DNA of 64,000 bases from Terriglobia bacterium (GTDB lineage Bacteria > Acidobacteriota > Polarisedimenticolia > Polarisedimenticolales > JAIQFR01), in contig CAVVHE010000008.1 in NCBI GenBank assembly GCA_963748015.1, positions 47,049 through 111,048 on the forward strand, given 5' to 3'. The notes under the pieces are model-generated. The model was given only the letters and a program-made list of their open reading frames with translations. It had not been told where the DNA came from and did not search any database. A program made the translations under genes and the position numbers. Positions 27,208 to 35,924 of this stretch are shown here, piece after piece. The stretch's first letter is position 1; each line of letters starts with the position of its first letter.

Positions 27208-28641
27208 TCAGGCTGCGCGGGCGGTTCTCCGCCAGTACGCGTAGACGGGCAAGCCCAGCGCGACGAGGCCGAGGCCGAGCAGCGATTCGACCGGGCGCTC
27301 GGCCATCGTGTTCCCGAGGAGCAGCAAGGACGAGAGGATGAAGACCGCGGGCACCCACGGGTAGCCCCACGTCCTGTAAGGTCTCTCCAGCGCGGGCCGG
27401 GTCCGCCGCAGCACGAAGACGGCGGTGCCCGCCGCGGCGTGGAACAGGACGCTGGCGAAGATCACGTACGTGTAGAGCTGCTCGTAGGAGCCCGAGAGGG
27501 CGAGCAGCGCCGACCACGCGCACTGCACCCACAAGCTCGGCCCGGGCGTGTGGTGGCGCGGGTGGATGCGCGCGACGGCGCGGAAGAACAGCCGGTCCTC
27601 GGCCATCGGCAGGTAGATGCGGGCGCTGTAGAGGATCGTCGCCGCGAGACAGCCGAAGGTCGAGACGACGATCGCGGCGGCGAGCCAGCGCGACGCCTGC
27701 CCGCCGAAGAGCGCCGCCGCCGCCCCCTCGCCGATGCGCGCGGTGCCGCCCATCGCGCCGACGGGAATCGCGCGCAGGTAGGCGACGTTCACCAACGCGT
27801 ACATCGCGGACGTCGTGACGACGCCGGTGATCAGTCCAACGGGCAGCGATCGCCCCGGGTCCTTCAGCTCGCCGGCGGAGAACGTGAGCCCGTACCACCC
27901 GTCGTAGGTCCACAACGCCGCGATCATGCCGACGCCGAAGGCGGCGAGGAGCCCGCCGGGCAGCGGCGGCAGCGGCGCCGTCCAGTCCACGGCGACGGGT
28001 GCCGTGACCAGGAACCCTCCGGCGACGAAGATCGCGACGGCTCCCACCTTCAGTAGCGTCATCAGGTTCTGCACGCCGGCGCCCTGCCGGAGTCCCACGT
28101 AGTTGACCCAGGTGAGGACGACGATCGCCAGCACCGCGGCGAGCTGGCTCCCGTCGACCCGCCACGCCCACGAGCCGAGCGGGAGCGACCAGAGCTCGTG
28201 GCGCGTCGAGAAGAAGGGGAGGAAGGTCCCCAGGTAGTCGCCGAAGCCGACGGCGATCGCGGCGATTCCTCCCGACATGATGACGAAGAACGCGGTCCAG
28301 CCGTAGAGGAAGCCGGTGAGGGGGCCGTAGGCCTCGCGCAGGAAGACGTAGAGGCCCCCGGCTTCCGGGTACATCGCGCCCATCTCGGCGTAGGTGAGCG
28401 CTCCCGCGAGCGTGAGCAGGCCGCCGACGATCCAAACGGCGAGGATCCACGACGGGTGCGGGAGCGCTCGGGCGATGTCCGACGTCGTCAGGAAGATCCC
28501 GCTGCCGACGATCGAGCCGATCGTGATGAGCGCGCCGTCGAGGGTGCCGAGACGGCGCTCGAGCCGCGGGCGCGCGCCGTCTCCCGTCGAGGGCGCGACG
28601 CCTGTCCGCGGCGGTGCGGCCGGAGCCGCAGGTTCGTTCAT
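27208..28641 (-). CDS. APC family amino acid permease
   Basis: IVGSGIF, YAEMGAMYPEAGG, YDGW, RPYRTWGYP; GAGG RBS. Confidence 0.9.
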   Translation of the reverse strand: MNEPAAPAAPPRTGVAPSTGDGARPRLERRLGTLDGALITIGSIVGSGIFLTTSDIARALPHPSWILAVWIVGGLLTLAGALTYAEMGAMYPEAGGLYVFLREAYGPLTGFLYGWTAFFVIMSGGIAAIAVGFGDYLGTFLPFFSTRHELWSLPLGSWAWRVDGSQLAAVLAIVVLTWVNYVGLRQGAGVQNLMTLLKVGAVAIFVAGGFLVTAPVAVDWTAPLPPLPGGLLAAFGVGMIAALWTYDGWYGLTFSAGELKDPGRSLPVGLITGVVTTSAMYALVNVAYLRAIPVGAMGGTARIGEGAAAALFGGQASRWLAAAIVVSTFGCLAATILYSARIYLPMAEDRLFFRAVARIHPRHHTPGPSLWVQCAWSALLALSGSYEQLYTYVIFASVLFHAAAGTAVFVLRRTRPALERPYRTWGYPWVPAVFILSSLLLLGNTMAERPVESLLGLGLVALGLPVYAYWRRTARAA

Positions 28642-28857
28642 GGCAGGCACCTCGCGTCGTGCCGGGCACGATGGCCGCGAAGGATATTCCGGCGGCACGC
28701 GCGGGGCAATCGGGAGATTCGCGAGCCGGAAACGGCGAACCGCCGCCGGGCACTCCATTCCGTGGCATGCTCGCGATTGACGGGGACTTGTTTCCCGCTG
28801 TCTCCGGCACCAAGTTCTACCGGGGCCGTGGTGCGCCCGCGACCGGCGGAGGACTCC

Positions 28858-30378
28858 ATGTTCGAAGCCGCCGAACTCGGACGCAGGATCAGCAAGGACG
28901 ACTACCGGAAGCAGGTGCCGGAGCTCCGGGAGGAGCTCCTCGCCCTCCAGGTGCGCCTTCGGGACGCCTCGTTTCCCGTGATCATCCTGTTCGCCGGGGT
29001 GGACGGGGCGGGCAAGGGGGAGACGGTCAACCTCCTCAACGAGTGGATGGACCCTCGCTGGACGGTGACGCGCGCCTTCGGCGCGCCGTCCGACGAGGAG
29101 AGCGAGCGCCCCGAGTACTGGCGGTTCTGGCGCGCCCTCCCGTCGCGGGGGCGCATCGCGATGTTCCTCAGCAGCTGGTACTCCCAGCCCTTGCTCGAGC
29201 GCGTCAACCGCGAGCTCGACGCCGACGCCTTCGAGGAGCGCCTGAGCCGCATCGTCGAGTTCGAGCAGACGCTCGTGGACGACGGCGCGCTCGTCCTGAA
29301 GTTCTGGATGCACCTCGGCAAGAAGGCGCAGCGCAAGCGTCTCGAGACGCTCGAGAAGGGCAAGCTCACCCGCTGGCGCGTCACCAAGCGGGAGTGGAAG
29401 AACTGGCGGATGTACGACCGGTTCATCGCGGCCACGGAGAGGACGATCCGGCGGACGAGCCGGGGCAACGCTCCGTGGATGATCGTCGAGGGGGAAGACC
29501 CGAGCTACCGCGAGCTGACGGTGGGGTTCGCCATTCGCGACGCCGTGCGGCGCCGCCTGGATGACGACAAGGGCCGGAAGGCTGGCCCGAACGGCGGGCA
29601 GAGCGCGTCGGCGGCGGCGCTGCGCGCCGCGGAGGACCTCTCGACCCGCCTCGCCAAGGGCGCGCCGTCGATCCTCTCGAGCCTCGACATGACCCGGAAG
29701 GTGCCCAAGGAGAGCGTCGTCACCGAGATCGAGAAGTGGCAGGGGAGGCTCAACCTGGCGCAGCGGAAGGCCGCCGCGCAGGGGATCTCGACCGTTCTCC
29801 TCTTCGAGGGATCGGATGCCGCGGGGAAGGGAGGCGCGATCCGGCGCGTCGTCGGAGCGCTCGACGCGCGCGACGTCCAGGTCATCCCGATCGCGGCCCC
29901 GACCGACGAGGAGCGGGCGCATCACTACCTCTGGCGTTTCTGGCGCCACCTCTCCCGGTCCGGCCGCGTCTCGGTCTTCGACCGTTCGTGGTACGGGCGG
30001 GTGCTCGTCGAGCGCGTCGAGGGGTTCGCCACCGAGCAGGAGTGGATGCGCGCCTACGCCGAGATCAACCAGTTCGAGGACCAGCTCGTGCGCCACGGGA
30101 TCGCGCTCGCGAAGTTCTGGCTGCACGTCACCCCCGACGAGCAGCTCCGCCGGTTCAAGGACCGGCAGAAGACCCCGCACAAGCGCTGGAAGATCACCGA
30201 CGAGGACTGGCGCAACCGCAAGAAGTGGCCGGACTACGAGCGGGCGGTCAACGACATGGTCGCGCGCACCAGCACGCGGGTCGCCCCGTGGACCCTCGTC
30301 GAGGCGAACGACAAGGGGTTCGCGCGGATCAAGGTCCTGCGCACCGCCTGCGAGCGCATCGAGGAAGCGCTCGGATAA
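28858..30378 (+). CDS. pap: Polyphosphate:AMP phosphotransferase (tandem PPK2 domains)
   Basis: MFEAAELG start, two P-loops GVDGAGKG and GSDAAGKGG, FDRSWYGR; GGAGG RBS. Confidence 0.92.
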   Translation: MFEAAELGRRISKDDYRKQVPELREELLALQVRLRDASFPVIILFAGVDGAGKGETVNLLNEWMDPRWTVTRAFGAPSDEESERPEYWRFWRALPSRGRIAMFLSSWYSQPLLERVNRELDADAFEERLSRIVEFEQTLVDDGALVLKFWMHLGKKAQRKRLETLEKGKLTRWRVTKREWKNWRMYDRFIAATERTIRRTSRGNAPWMIVEGEDPSYRELTVGFAIRDAVRRRLDDDKGRKAGPNGGQSASAAALRAAEDLSTRLAKGAPSILSSLDMTRKVPKESVVTEIEKWQGRLNLAQRKAAAQGISTVLLFEGSDAAGKGGAIRRVVGALDARDVQVIPIAAPTDEERAHHYLWRFWRHLSRSGRVSVFDRSWYGRVLVERVEGFATEQEWMRAYAEINQFEDQLVRHGIALAKFWLHVTPDEQLRRFKDRQKTPHKRWKITDEDWRNRKKWPDYERAVNDMVARTSTRVAPWTLVEANDKGFARIKVLRTACERIEEALG

Positions 30379-30395
30379 CGCCGGGCCGCCTCGCC

Positions 30396-30551
30396 GGAAG
30401 TCCGCATCCGGGCTCGCCCTCCGCGGCCCTCTCTTCGCGAGGCCGTCTCTTCCTCGGACGGCCGAGCGAAGAGCGGAGCGAGGCGGCGCGGCGAACTACG
30501 CCGCGCAACGCCGAAGCGTGCCGCGGAGGGCGAGCCCGGATGCGGACTTCC
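30396..30551. repeat. MITE/REP-like element with 32-bp perfect terminal inverted repeats
   Basis: GGAAGTCCGCATCCGGGCTCGCCCTCCGCGGC (30396-30427) is the exact reverse complement of 30520-30551; internal hairpins; CGCC on both flanks. Confidence 0.7.
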
Positions 30552-30599
30552 CGCCCCCAAGCGCCAGCAGCGTGAGGTATCGAGGGGAACCTCGATGGC

Positions 30600-31151
30600 C
30601 TACTTCTTGAACTCGACGGTGAGCGGCTGCCCGAGGAGGCGCTCCATGGCGAGCGGCCACCCGCCGACGGGCTTGAGCGCGGAGAGCGCCTCCTCCGGCG
30701 TCTTGCCGAGGTACTTCACCGCGTAGGCCGCGTACAGTTGCCCGGCGCGCCCGCCGGACGTGCAGTGCAGGACGACGGTCCCCTTGGCCTCCTCGACGCG
30801 CTTCGCGAACGCCTCGAGCAGCGCCGGGGTGTAGGCCGGCGCGCCGTCCACCGGGAGGTTGAGGTAGGCGATCTCGAGCCGGTCCGCGAGCGCCACCTCG
30901 TCGAAATCCACTCCCTTCATCTCGTCGGCGGTGCGCAGGTTGACGATGTCGGTCACCCCCCGCGCCTTGAACGTGTCGAGGTCGGCCTTCGTCGGCTGCC
31001 CGCCGACGAGGAGCTTGCCCTCCTCGATCTTCTTGTCGAAGAAGCTCGGCGGCGGCGTGGCCGCGGCGGGGGCCGTCTTGGGAGTCGACTTCGCCGCGCA
31101 CCCCGCCGCGAGCGCGCACGCCAGGACGATCAGGATCGCTTTCCGTGTCAT
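30600..31151 (-). CDS. PTP-like phosphatase / sulfur transferase (DUF442-like) lipoprotein
   Basis: LAAGC lipobox; GQP, IVNLR, HCTSGGR loop. Confidence 0.75.
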   Translation of the reverse strand: MTRKAILIVLACALAAGCAAKSTPKTAPAAATPPPSFFDKKIEEGKLLVGGQPTKADLDTFKARGVTDIVNLRTADEMKGVDFDEVALADRLEIAYLNLPVDGAPAYTPALLEAFAKRVEEAKGTVVLHCTSGGRAGQLYAAYAVKYLGKTPEEALSALKPVGGWPLAMERLLGQPLTVEFKK

Positions 31152-31164
31152 CGCGAGCCTCCCC

Positions 31165-34100
31165 TCACTTCCGGACGCGAACCGGATAGGGCGGACGAAC
31201 CGCCTTCTTCGGCGGGTTGGCCTTGAGCTCGGCCAGGACCACCTCGATCGCCTTCTCGAGCTGCGGGTCGTGTCCCGCGATCACGTCGGCGGGCGTCTGC
31301 TCGACCTCGATGTCGGGCGGAACGCCCTCGTTCTCGACCACGAAGCCGTCCTCGGTCCAGATCGCGAGGTTCGGCGCCGTGATGCTCCCCCCGTCCAGCA
31401 GCTCGGGGAAGCCGAGGATGCCGACGAGACCGCCCCAGGTGCGCTTTCCGATCAGCTTGCCGATCCCGAGCTTGCGGAACATCCACGGGAGGAGGTCGCC
31501 GCCCGAGCCCGCGTTCTCGTCGATCAGCATCACCTTCGGTCCCGCGATCGCGGCGAGCGGCGTCTTGAGGTCGGCGCCGTAGCGCATCGCCCAGTGCGTG
31601 ACCTCGGGCCGCCGCAGGATGTCGATGTAGTAGTCGGCGACCTGCCCGCCGCCGTTGTACCGCTCGTCCACGATGATCGCGTCCTTGTCGGCCTGCGGGA
31701 AGAAGTAGCGCTTGAAGTACGTGTGGCCCATGGTCGAGGTGTTCGGCACGTAAACGTAGGCCACGCGGCCGCCGGTCGCGTCGTGGACCTTCTTGATGTT
31801 CCCCTCGACCCAGTCGCGGTTGCGCAGCGCCCCCTCCTCCTCGACCGGCACGACCTTCACGGTGCGCGATCCGGTGCCGGCGGGATCCGGCCCGACCGTC
31901 AGCTCGACGATGCGCCCGGCGGTGTTCTCGAAGCGCGAGTAGAGGTTCTCGGGCGGCTTGACGTCCCGCCCCTCGACGGCGAGGAGATACTCGCCGGCCT
32001 TGACGTTGACTCCCGGCTCGGTCAGCGGCGCGCGAAGCTCGGGGTTCCAGTTGAGGCCGCCGTAAACCTTGGCGAAGCGGTAGCGGCCGTTCTCGACGGC
32101 GTAGTCCGCGCCGAGCAGGCCGCCCTTGATCTTGACGGGGTCCTCGGGCATGTCGCCCCCGCCGACGCGGTGGTGCCCCACGGCCAGCTCGGAGCACATC
32201 CACTGGATCAGCCGGTTGAGGTCGGAGCGGCTCGCGAGATCGGGGAGGAACGGCTCGTACTTCGCGCGCATCGCCTTCCAGTCGGCGCCGTGGAAGTTGG
32301 GGTCGTAGAAGTAGTCGCGGTTGATCCGCCACGCCTCGGCGAACATCTCCGCCCACTCCTGGCGCGGCTCGACCTTGACCGAGATGGCCTCCACGTCGAG
32401 GTTTCCCTTGCCGGGCTCGACCTTTCCCTTCGTCTCGACGATGCGCCAGGTCTCCTTCTGCTGCAGCAGCGCCTTGACGCCGTCCTTCGCGAGGGCGTAG
32501 GCGTCCACCTTGTCCACGAGGACGGTCTCCTCGCGCTTCTCGAGGTCGTAGCGGCAGAGGGTCGCGGACGGCTCGCGGTTGAAGCGGCTGACGCCGCCGT
32601 CGCGCTTCAGGTAGTAGAGCTGGCCCGCGGTCCCCGCCTGGAGCTCGGCGTAGAACGCCGGCTTCGTCGGCAGCGGCACGATGCGCTGCGCGATTCCCTC
32701 GAGATCGATCTGCACCTTGACCGGGGCCTTCGCCTTGTCCTTCTCCTTGTCGGCGCCTTCCTTCGCCTCGCTCTTCTTCTCGTCCTTCGCGTCGGGCTTG
32801 GCGTCCGCCTTCGCTTCCGGCTTGGCGTCCTTCTTCGCGTCCCCCTTCTCCTCGTCCGAGGGCTTCGCGAGCGGCGACACCTCGGTGCGGGAGAGCACGA
32901 CGAGGTAGAGCGCGTTGGTCATCGCGGCGTCGTTGTTCCACATCGAGAACCAGTCGCGAACGGGACCGGCGTCCGTCGAGGAGGTGAGGAACAGGTACTT
33001 GCCCGAGGCGTCGAAGACCGCCTCCCCGACGTCGGAGAGGCCGTCGGACAGAGGATAGGAGCGGTCCTCGTCCACCGAGTACAGGTGGACCTGGGCGAAG
33101 TAGCTCGGCGTGACCCGGGTGTAGGCGATCCACTTCGAGTCCGGGGACCACGCATAGTTCGGCTGGCTGGACGGACCGTAGAGCGGGTCGGTCGAGATCT
33201 TCTTCGCCTTGCCGGTCTCGAGGTCGATCCACCAGATCGTTCTCGAGTTGTCCTGGAACGCGATTCGCTTCGAATCCGGCGACCACTTCGGGTCGCTGTA
33301 GAAGCCGGAGCCGGAGATCGGGAGCTCCTTGCGCTCGCCCTTGCCATCCTGCGGGACGACGTGCAGGACGTACTCGCCGGACCGGTCGGAGAAGAACGCG
33401 ATGCGCGAGCCGTCGGGCGCCCAGGCCGGCGAGCGCTCGTTGACCCCGGGGGTGAGGGTGAGGTTGCGCGGGTCGCCCTTCTCGCCGGGCACGGTCACGA
33501 TCTCCCCGCGGAACTCGAACGCGGCGCGCGCCCCGGAAGGAGAAATCGCCGCGTTGCGCACCCACTTGGCTCCCTTGGCCCAGCGCGAGCGCGTCTCGGC
33601 CAGGTCCGCGGCCACGCCGATCTTGAGGCGGCGCGACTTCCCCGCCGCCGGGTCGAACAAGTGGAGGTAGCCGGACTGCTCGAAGACGATCTTCCCCGCT
33701 CCCGCGGAGGCCGCGAGGATCGGGAAGTCGGAATTGCCGGCGAGCCGCGAGACCTTCTTGGACGCGGCATCGTACGCGTAGAGCCCGAACTCGCCGTCGC
33801 GATCGGAGAGGAAGTGGACCTTTCCGCCGATCCACATCGGATCGGTGTCGTTGCAGCGCCCCGCGGGCTGGGGGATCTGCTCGACGGCGCTCGTCTTGAC
33901 GTCGAAGATAAGGATCCGCGACGCCGTTCCGCCACGGTAGTTCTTCCACTGGCGGAAGGCCTCCGATAGCGGGACGTAGGCGATGCGCGAGCCGTCGGGG
34001 GAGATCGCGGCCTTGGTGGCGTTGGGGATGGGCAGCTTCTCCTCGAGCCCGCCGTCCACCGGGACCGTCCACAGCTGGACCAGGCGGCCGGTGTGGGAGG

Positions 34101-34503
34101 CCCGCGCGGAGGTGAACAGCACGCTCTTGCCGTCGGCGGTGAACCCCTGGACGAGGTCGGGGCCCGGATGCCAGGTGAGCCGCCGCGGCACGCCTCCCGC
34201 CGCGGGAACGGCGTAGACGTCGACGTTCCCCTCGTACTGCGCGGAGAAGGCCAGCCACTTGCCGTCGGGAGAGAAGCGCGGGCGCGTCTCCTCGCCCACG
34301 TGCGCGGTCAGCCGGCGCGCCCCGCCGCCGTCGGCCGGGGCGACCCAGACGGCGCCTGCGTAGACGAAGGCGACCGCCGAGTCGCTGATCGCCGGTTGCG
34401 CCAGCATCCGCGTGTCGGCGGTATCCACCGCCCACGCCGCGACCGCGAGCGTCGCGACCGCCAGCACCGTCAGTGCTCTCCCGATTCTCTTCGCGCTGCG
34501 CAT
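31165..34503 (-). CDS. Tricorn-type S41 peptidase
   Basis: PD40 propellers, PDZ, DERYNGGG, AGSGGD, GKRTWGG, ENEGVPPD; AAGGAG RBS. Confidence 0.93.
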   Translation of the reverse strand: MRSAKRIGRALTVLAVATLAVAAWAVDTADTRMLAQPAISDSAVAFVYAGAVWVAPADGGGARRLTAHVGEETRPRFSPDGKWLAFSAQYEGNVDVYAVPAAGGVPRRLTWHPGPDLVQGFTADGKSVLFTSARASHTGRLVQLWTVPVDGGLEEKLPIPNATKAAISPDGSRIAYVPLSEAFRQWKNYRGGTASRILIFDVKTSAVEQIPQPAGRCNDTDPMWIGGKVHFLSDRDGEFGLYAYDAASKKVSRLAGNSDFPILAASAGAGKIVFEQSGYLHLFDPAAGKSRRLKIGVAADLAETRSRWAKGAKWVRNAAISPSGARAAFEFRGEIVTVPGEKGDPRNLTLTPGVNERSPAWAPDGSRIAFFSDRSGEYVLHVVPQDGKGERKELPISGSGFYSDPKWSPDSKRIAFQDNSRTIWWIDLETGKAKKISTDPLYGPSSQPNYAWSPDSKWIAYTRVTPSYFAQVHLYSVDEDRSYPLSDGLSDVGEAVFDASGKYLFLTSSTDAGPVRDWFSMWNNDAAMTNALYLVVLSRTEVSPLAKPSDEEKGDAKKDAKPEAKADAKPDAKDEKKSEAKEGADKEKDKAKAPVKVQIDLEGIAQRIVPLPTKPAFYAELQAGTAGQLYYLKRDGGVSRFNREPSATLCRYDLEKREETVLVDKVDAYALAKDGVKALLQQKETWRIVETKGKVEPGKGNLDVEAISVKVEPRQEWAEMFAEAWRINRDYFYDPNFHGADWKAMRAKYEPFLPDLASRSDLNRLIQWMCSELAVGHHRVGGGDMPEDPVKIKGGLLGADYAVENGRYRFAKVYGGLNWNPELRAPLTEPGVNVKAGEYLLAVEGRDVKPPENLYSRFENTAGRIVELTVGPDPAGTGSRTVKVVPVEEEGALRNRDWVEGNIKKVHDATGGRVAYVYVPNTSTMGHTYFKRYFFPQADKDAIIVDERYNGGGQVADYYIDILRRPEVTHWAMRYGADLKTPLAAIAGPKVMLIDENAGSGGDLLPWMFRKLGIGKLIGKRTWGGLVGILGFPELLDGGSITAPNLAIWTEDGFVVENEGVPPDIEVEQTPADVIAGHDPQLEKAIEVVLAELKANPPKKAVRPPYPVRVRK

Positions 34504-34610
34504 GCCTGTCTCCTTCGACCCTGCAGGAATCAGACGGCCGGGCCGGGGCCTGTCCGAGGGAGGCGAGAATACACGACGAGAGGCCGTTCGACACCAGCCG
34601 GCGCGTGGGC

Positions 34611-34655
34611 AAAAGAAAAGGGCGGCGACCGCGATCGCGGTCGCCGCCCTTTCTT
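34611..34655 (-). terminator. Rho-independent terminator, possibly bidirectional
   Basis: AAAAGAAAAGGGCGGCGACCGCGATCGCGGTCGCCGCCCTTTCTT long palindrome with A/T tracts, just after the 34671 stop. Confidence 0.8.
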
Positions 34656-34670
34656 GGTCGATGAAGCGGG

Positions 34671-35789
34671 CTAGTTGTGGCCCTGGTCGTGCGGGACCTT
34701 GACGGTGCCGGTGGCGATCGTCTCCAGGCCCATCTCGTCCACGACCTTGTACACGATCGTGTAGACGCGGCCGGAGCCGCCGCCGGCGCGCTCGGCGCGC
34801 AACGCGAAATCGAAATCGGCGCTGCCGGTGTAAGCGTCCTGGATGTCGTTCTCGGTGTCGCCGTCGCCCGTCCCGTTGTCGGGCTCGTTGCTGGTCACGG
34901 AGAGCAGGGTGATCGTGACGGGCCCGCAGTCGTCTACGCGGACGGTCGAGTGAACGTTGACCATCTTGTGATTCGGCGGCCACAGCATCGAGGGGGAGAA
35001 CTCCAGCTCGACCCGCGGCGGCAGGGTGTCCACGACCTGGATGACGACCTCGTCGGTCGAGGTCTTGCCGGTCGCGTCCGTCACGCGGAGCGTGATGGCG
35101 TGGGTACCGAGGCTCAGGCTGAGCGTGAGCTTCTCTCCGGTGCCGAGCAGCGCCTGCGCGGGGGCTCCGAAGTCCGCGAACCACTCGTACGTCGTGATGT
35201 CGCCGTTCGGGTCCGTCGACGCCGAGCCGTCGAGGTGGACCGGGGCCTGCATGTTCCCCGTGCACTCGACGGTCTGGTCGGGACCGGCGTTCGCGACGGG
35301 CGGAATCGCCACGAGCTTGGTGACGACGAGCGTCGTGATCCGCGTGCCGTCGCCGGCGGACACCTCGATCGAGTCGGGGTCGTCTTCGTACACGCGCAGG
35401 GTGTCCTTGGCGATCCCCTCGGCGTCGGTCAGGACCGGCAGCCCGGCCGAGGCCAGCGCTCCCGCGGTCGCCCCGAACGTGATTGCGAGGCCCGCCTGCG
35501 GGATGCCCTCGGCGTCCTTGGCGACGGCCGTCAGCAGGGACTCGCCGTAGCGCTTGTTCCCGTTCGCCGGGTCGGTCGGCGTCGCGGGATTGTCGGGGTC
35601 GATGACGATGTGCTGCGGCTCCGCGCTCAACGCCAGGCCGTTGCTCTCGGCGCGGCCGAGTCCGTTGAACATCTGGTGGGCCGGATTCTGGCTCGAGTTG
35701 GTCGAACTGCCCGAGCATCCGACCACGAGTAGCGCCACGCCCAGCAGGGCGGCGAGAGAGAGGGCACCGACGGCGAATTTGCGTGACAT
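34671..35789 (-). CDS. Lipoprotein with Big_1-like, PKD and C-terminal LWPPNHK domains
   Basis: VVGC lipobox; TDAEGIA, PVANAGPDQTVEC, LDGSASTDP, LWPPNHK, LRAER.G.GSGRVYTI. Confidence 0.8.
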   Translation of the reverse strand: MSRKFAVGALSLAALLGVALLVVGCSGSSTNSSQNPAHQMFNGLGRAESNGLALSAEPQHIVIDPDNPATPTDPANGNKRYGESLLTAVAKDAEGIPQAGLAITFGATAGALASAGLPVLTDAEGIAKDTLRVYEDDPDSIEVSAGDGTRITTLVVTKLVAIPPVANAGPDQTVECTGNMQAPVHLDGSASTDPNGDITTYEWFADFGAPAQALLGTGEKLTLSLSLGTHAITLRVTDATGKTSTDEVVIQVVDTLPPRVELEFSPSMLWPPNHKMVNVHSTVRVDDCGPVTITLLSVTSNEPDNGTGDGDTENDIQDAYTGSADFDFALRAERAGGGSGRVYTIVYKVVDEMGLETIATGTVKVPHDQGHN

Positions 35790-35924
35790 GGAGGAGCCTC
35801 CTTCTTGGTCAGCCTATTATTCCATTCGCAATCTACCCCGGGGTGTCGCCGCCCGCAATGGTAATGACCGTACGTTACCTCCGGAGAATCGGAGTTTTCG
35901 GGGTTTTCGGTAGGTAACCGCCCC

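Noticed and set aside
30931-33969. Long antisense or off-frame ORFs (also 2060-3769, 6285-8879, 8555-10885, 52616-55438, 57441-60197)
   Set aside because: Arg/Pro/Gly-rich shadows of real genes, expected in high-GC DNA with few stop codons.
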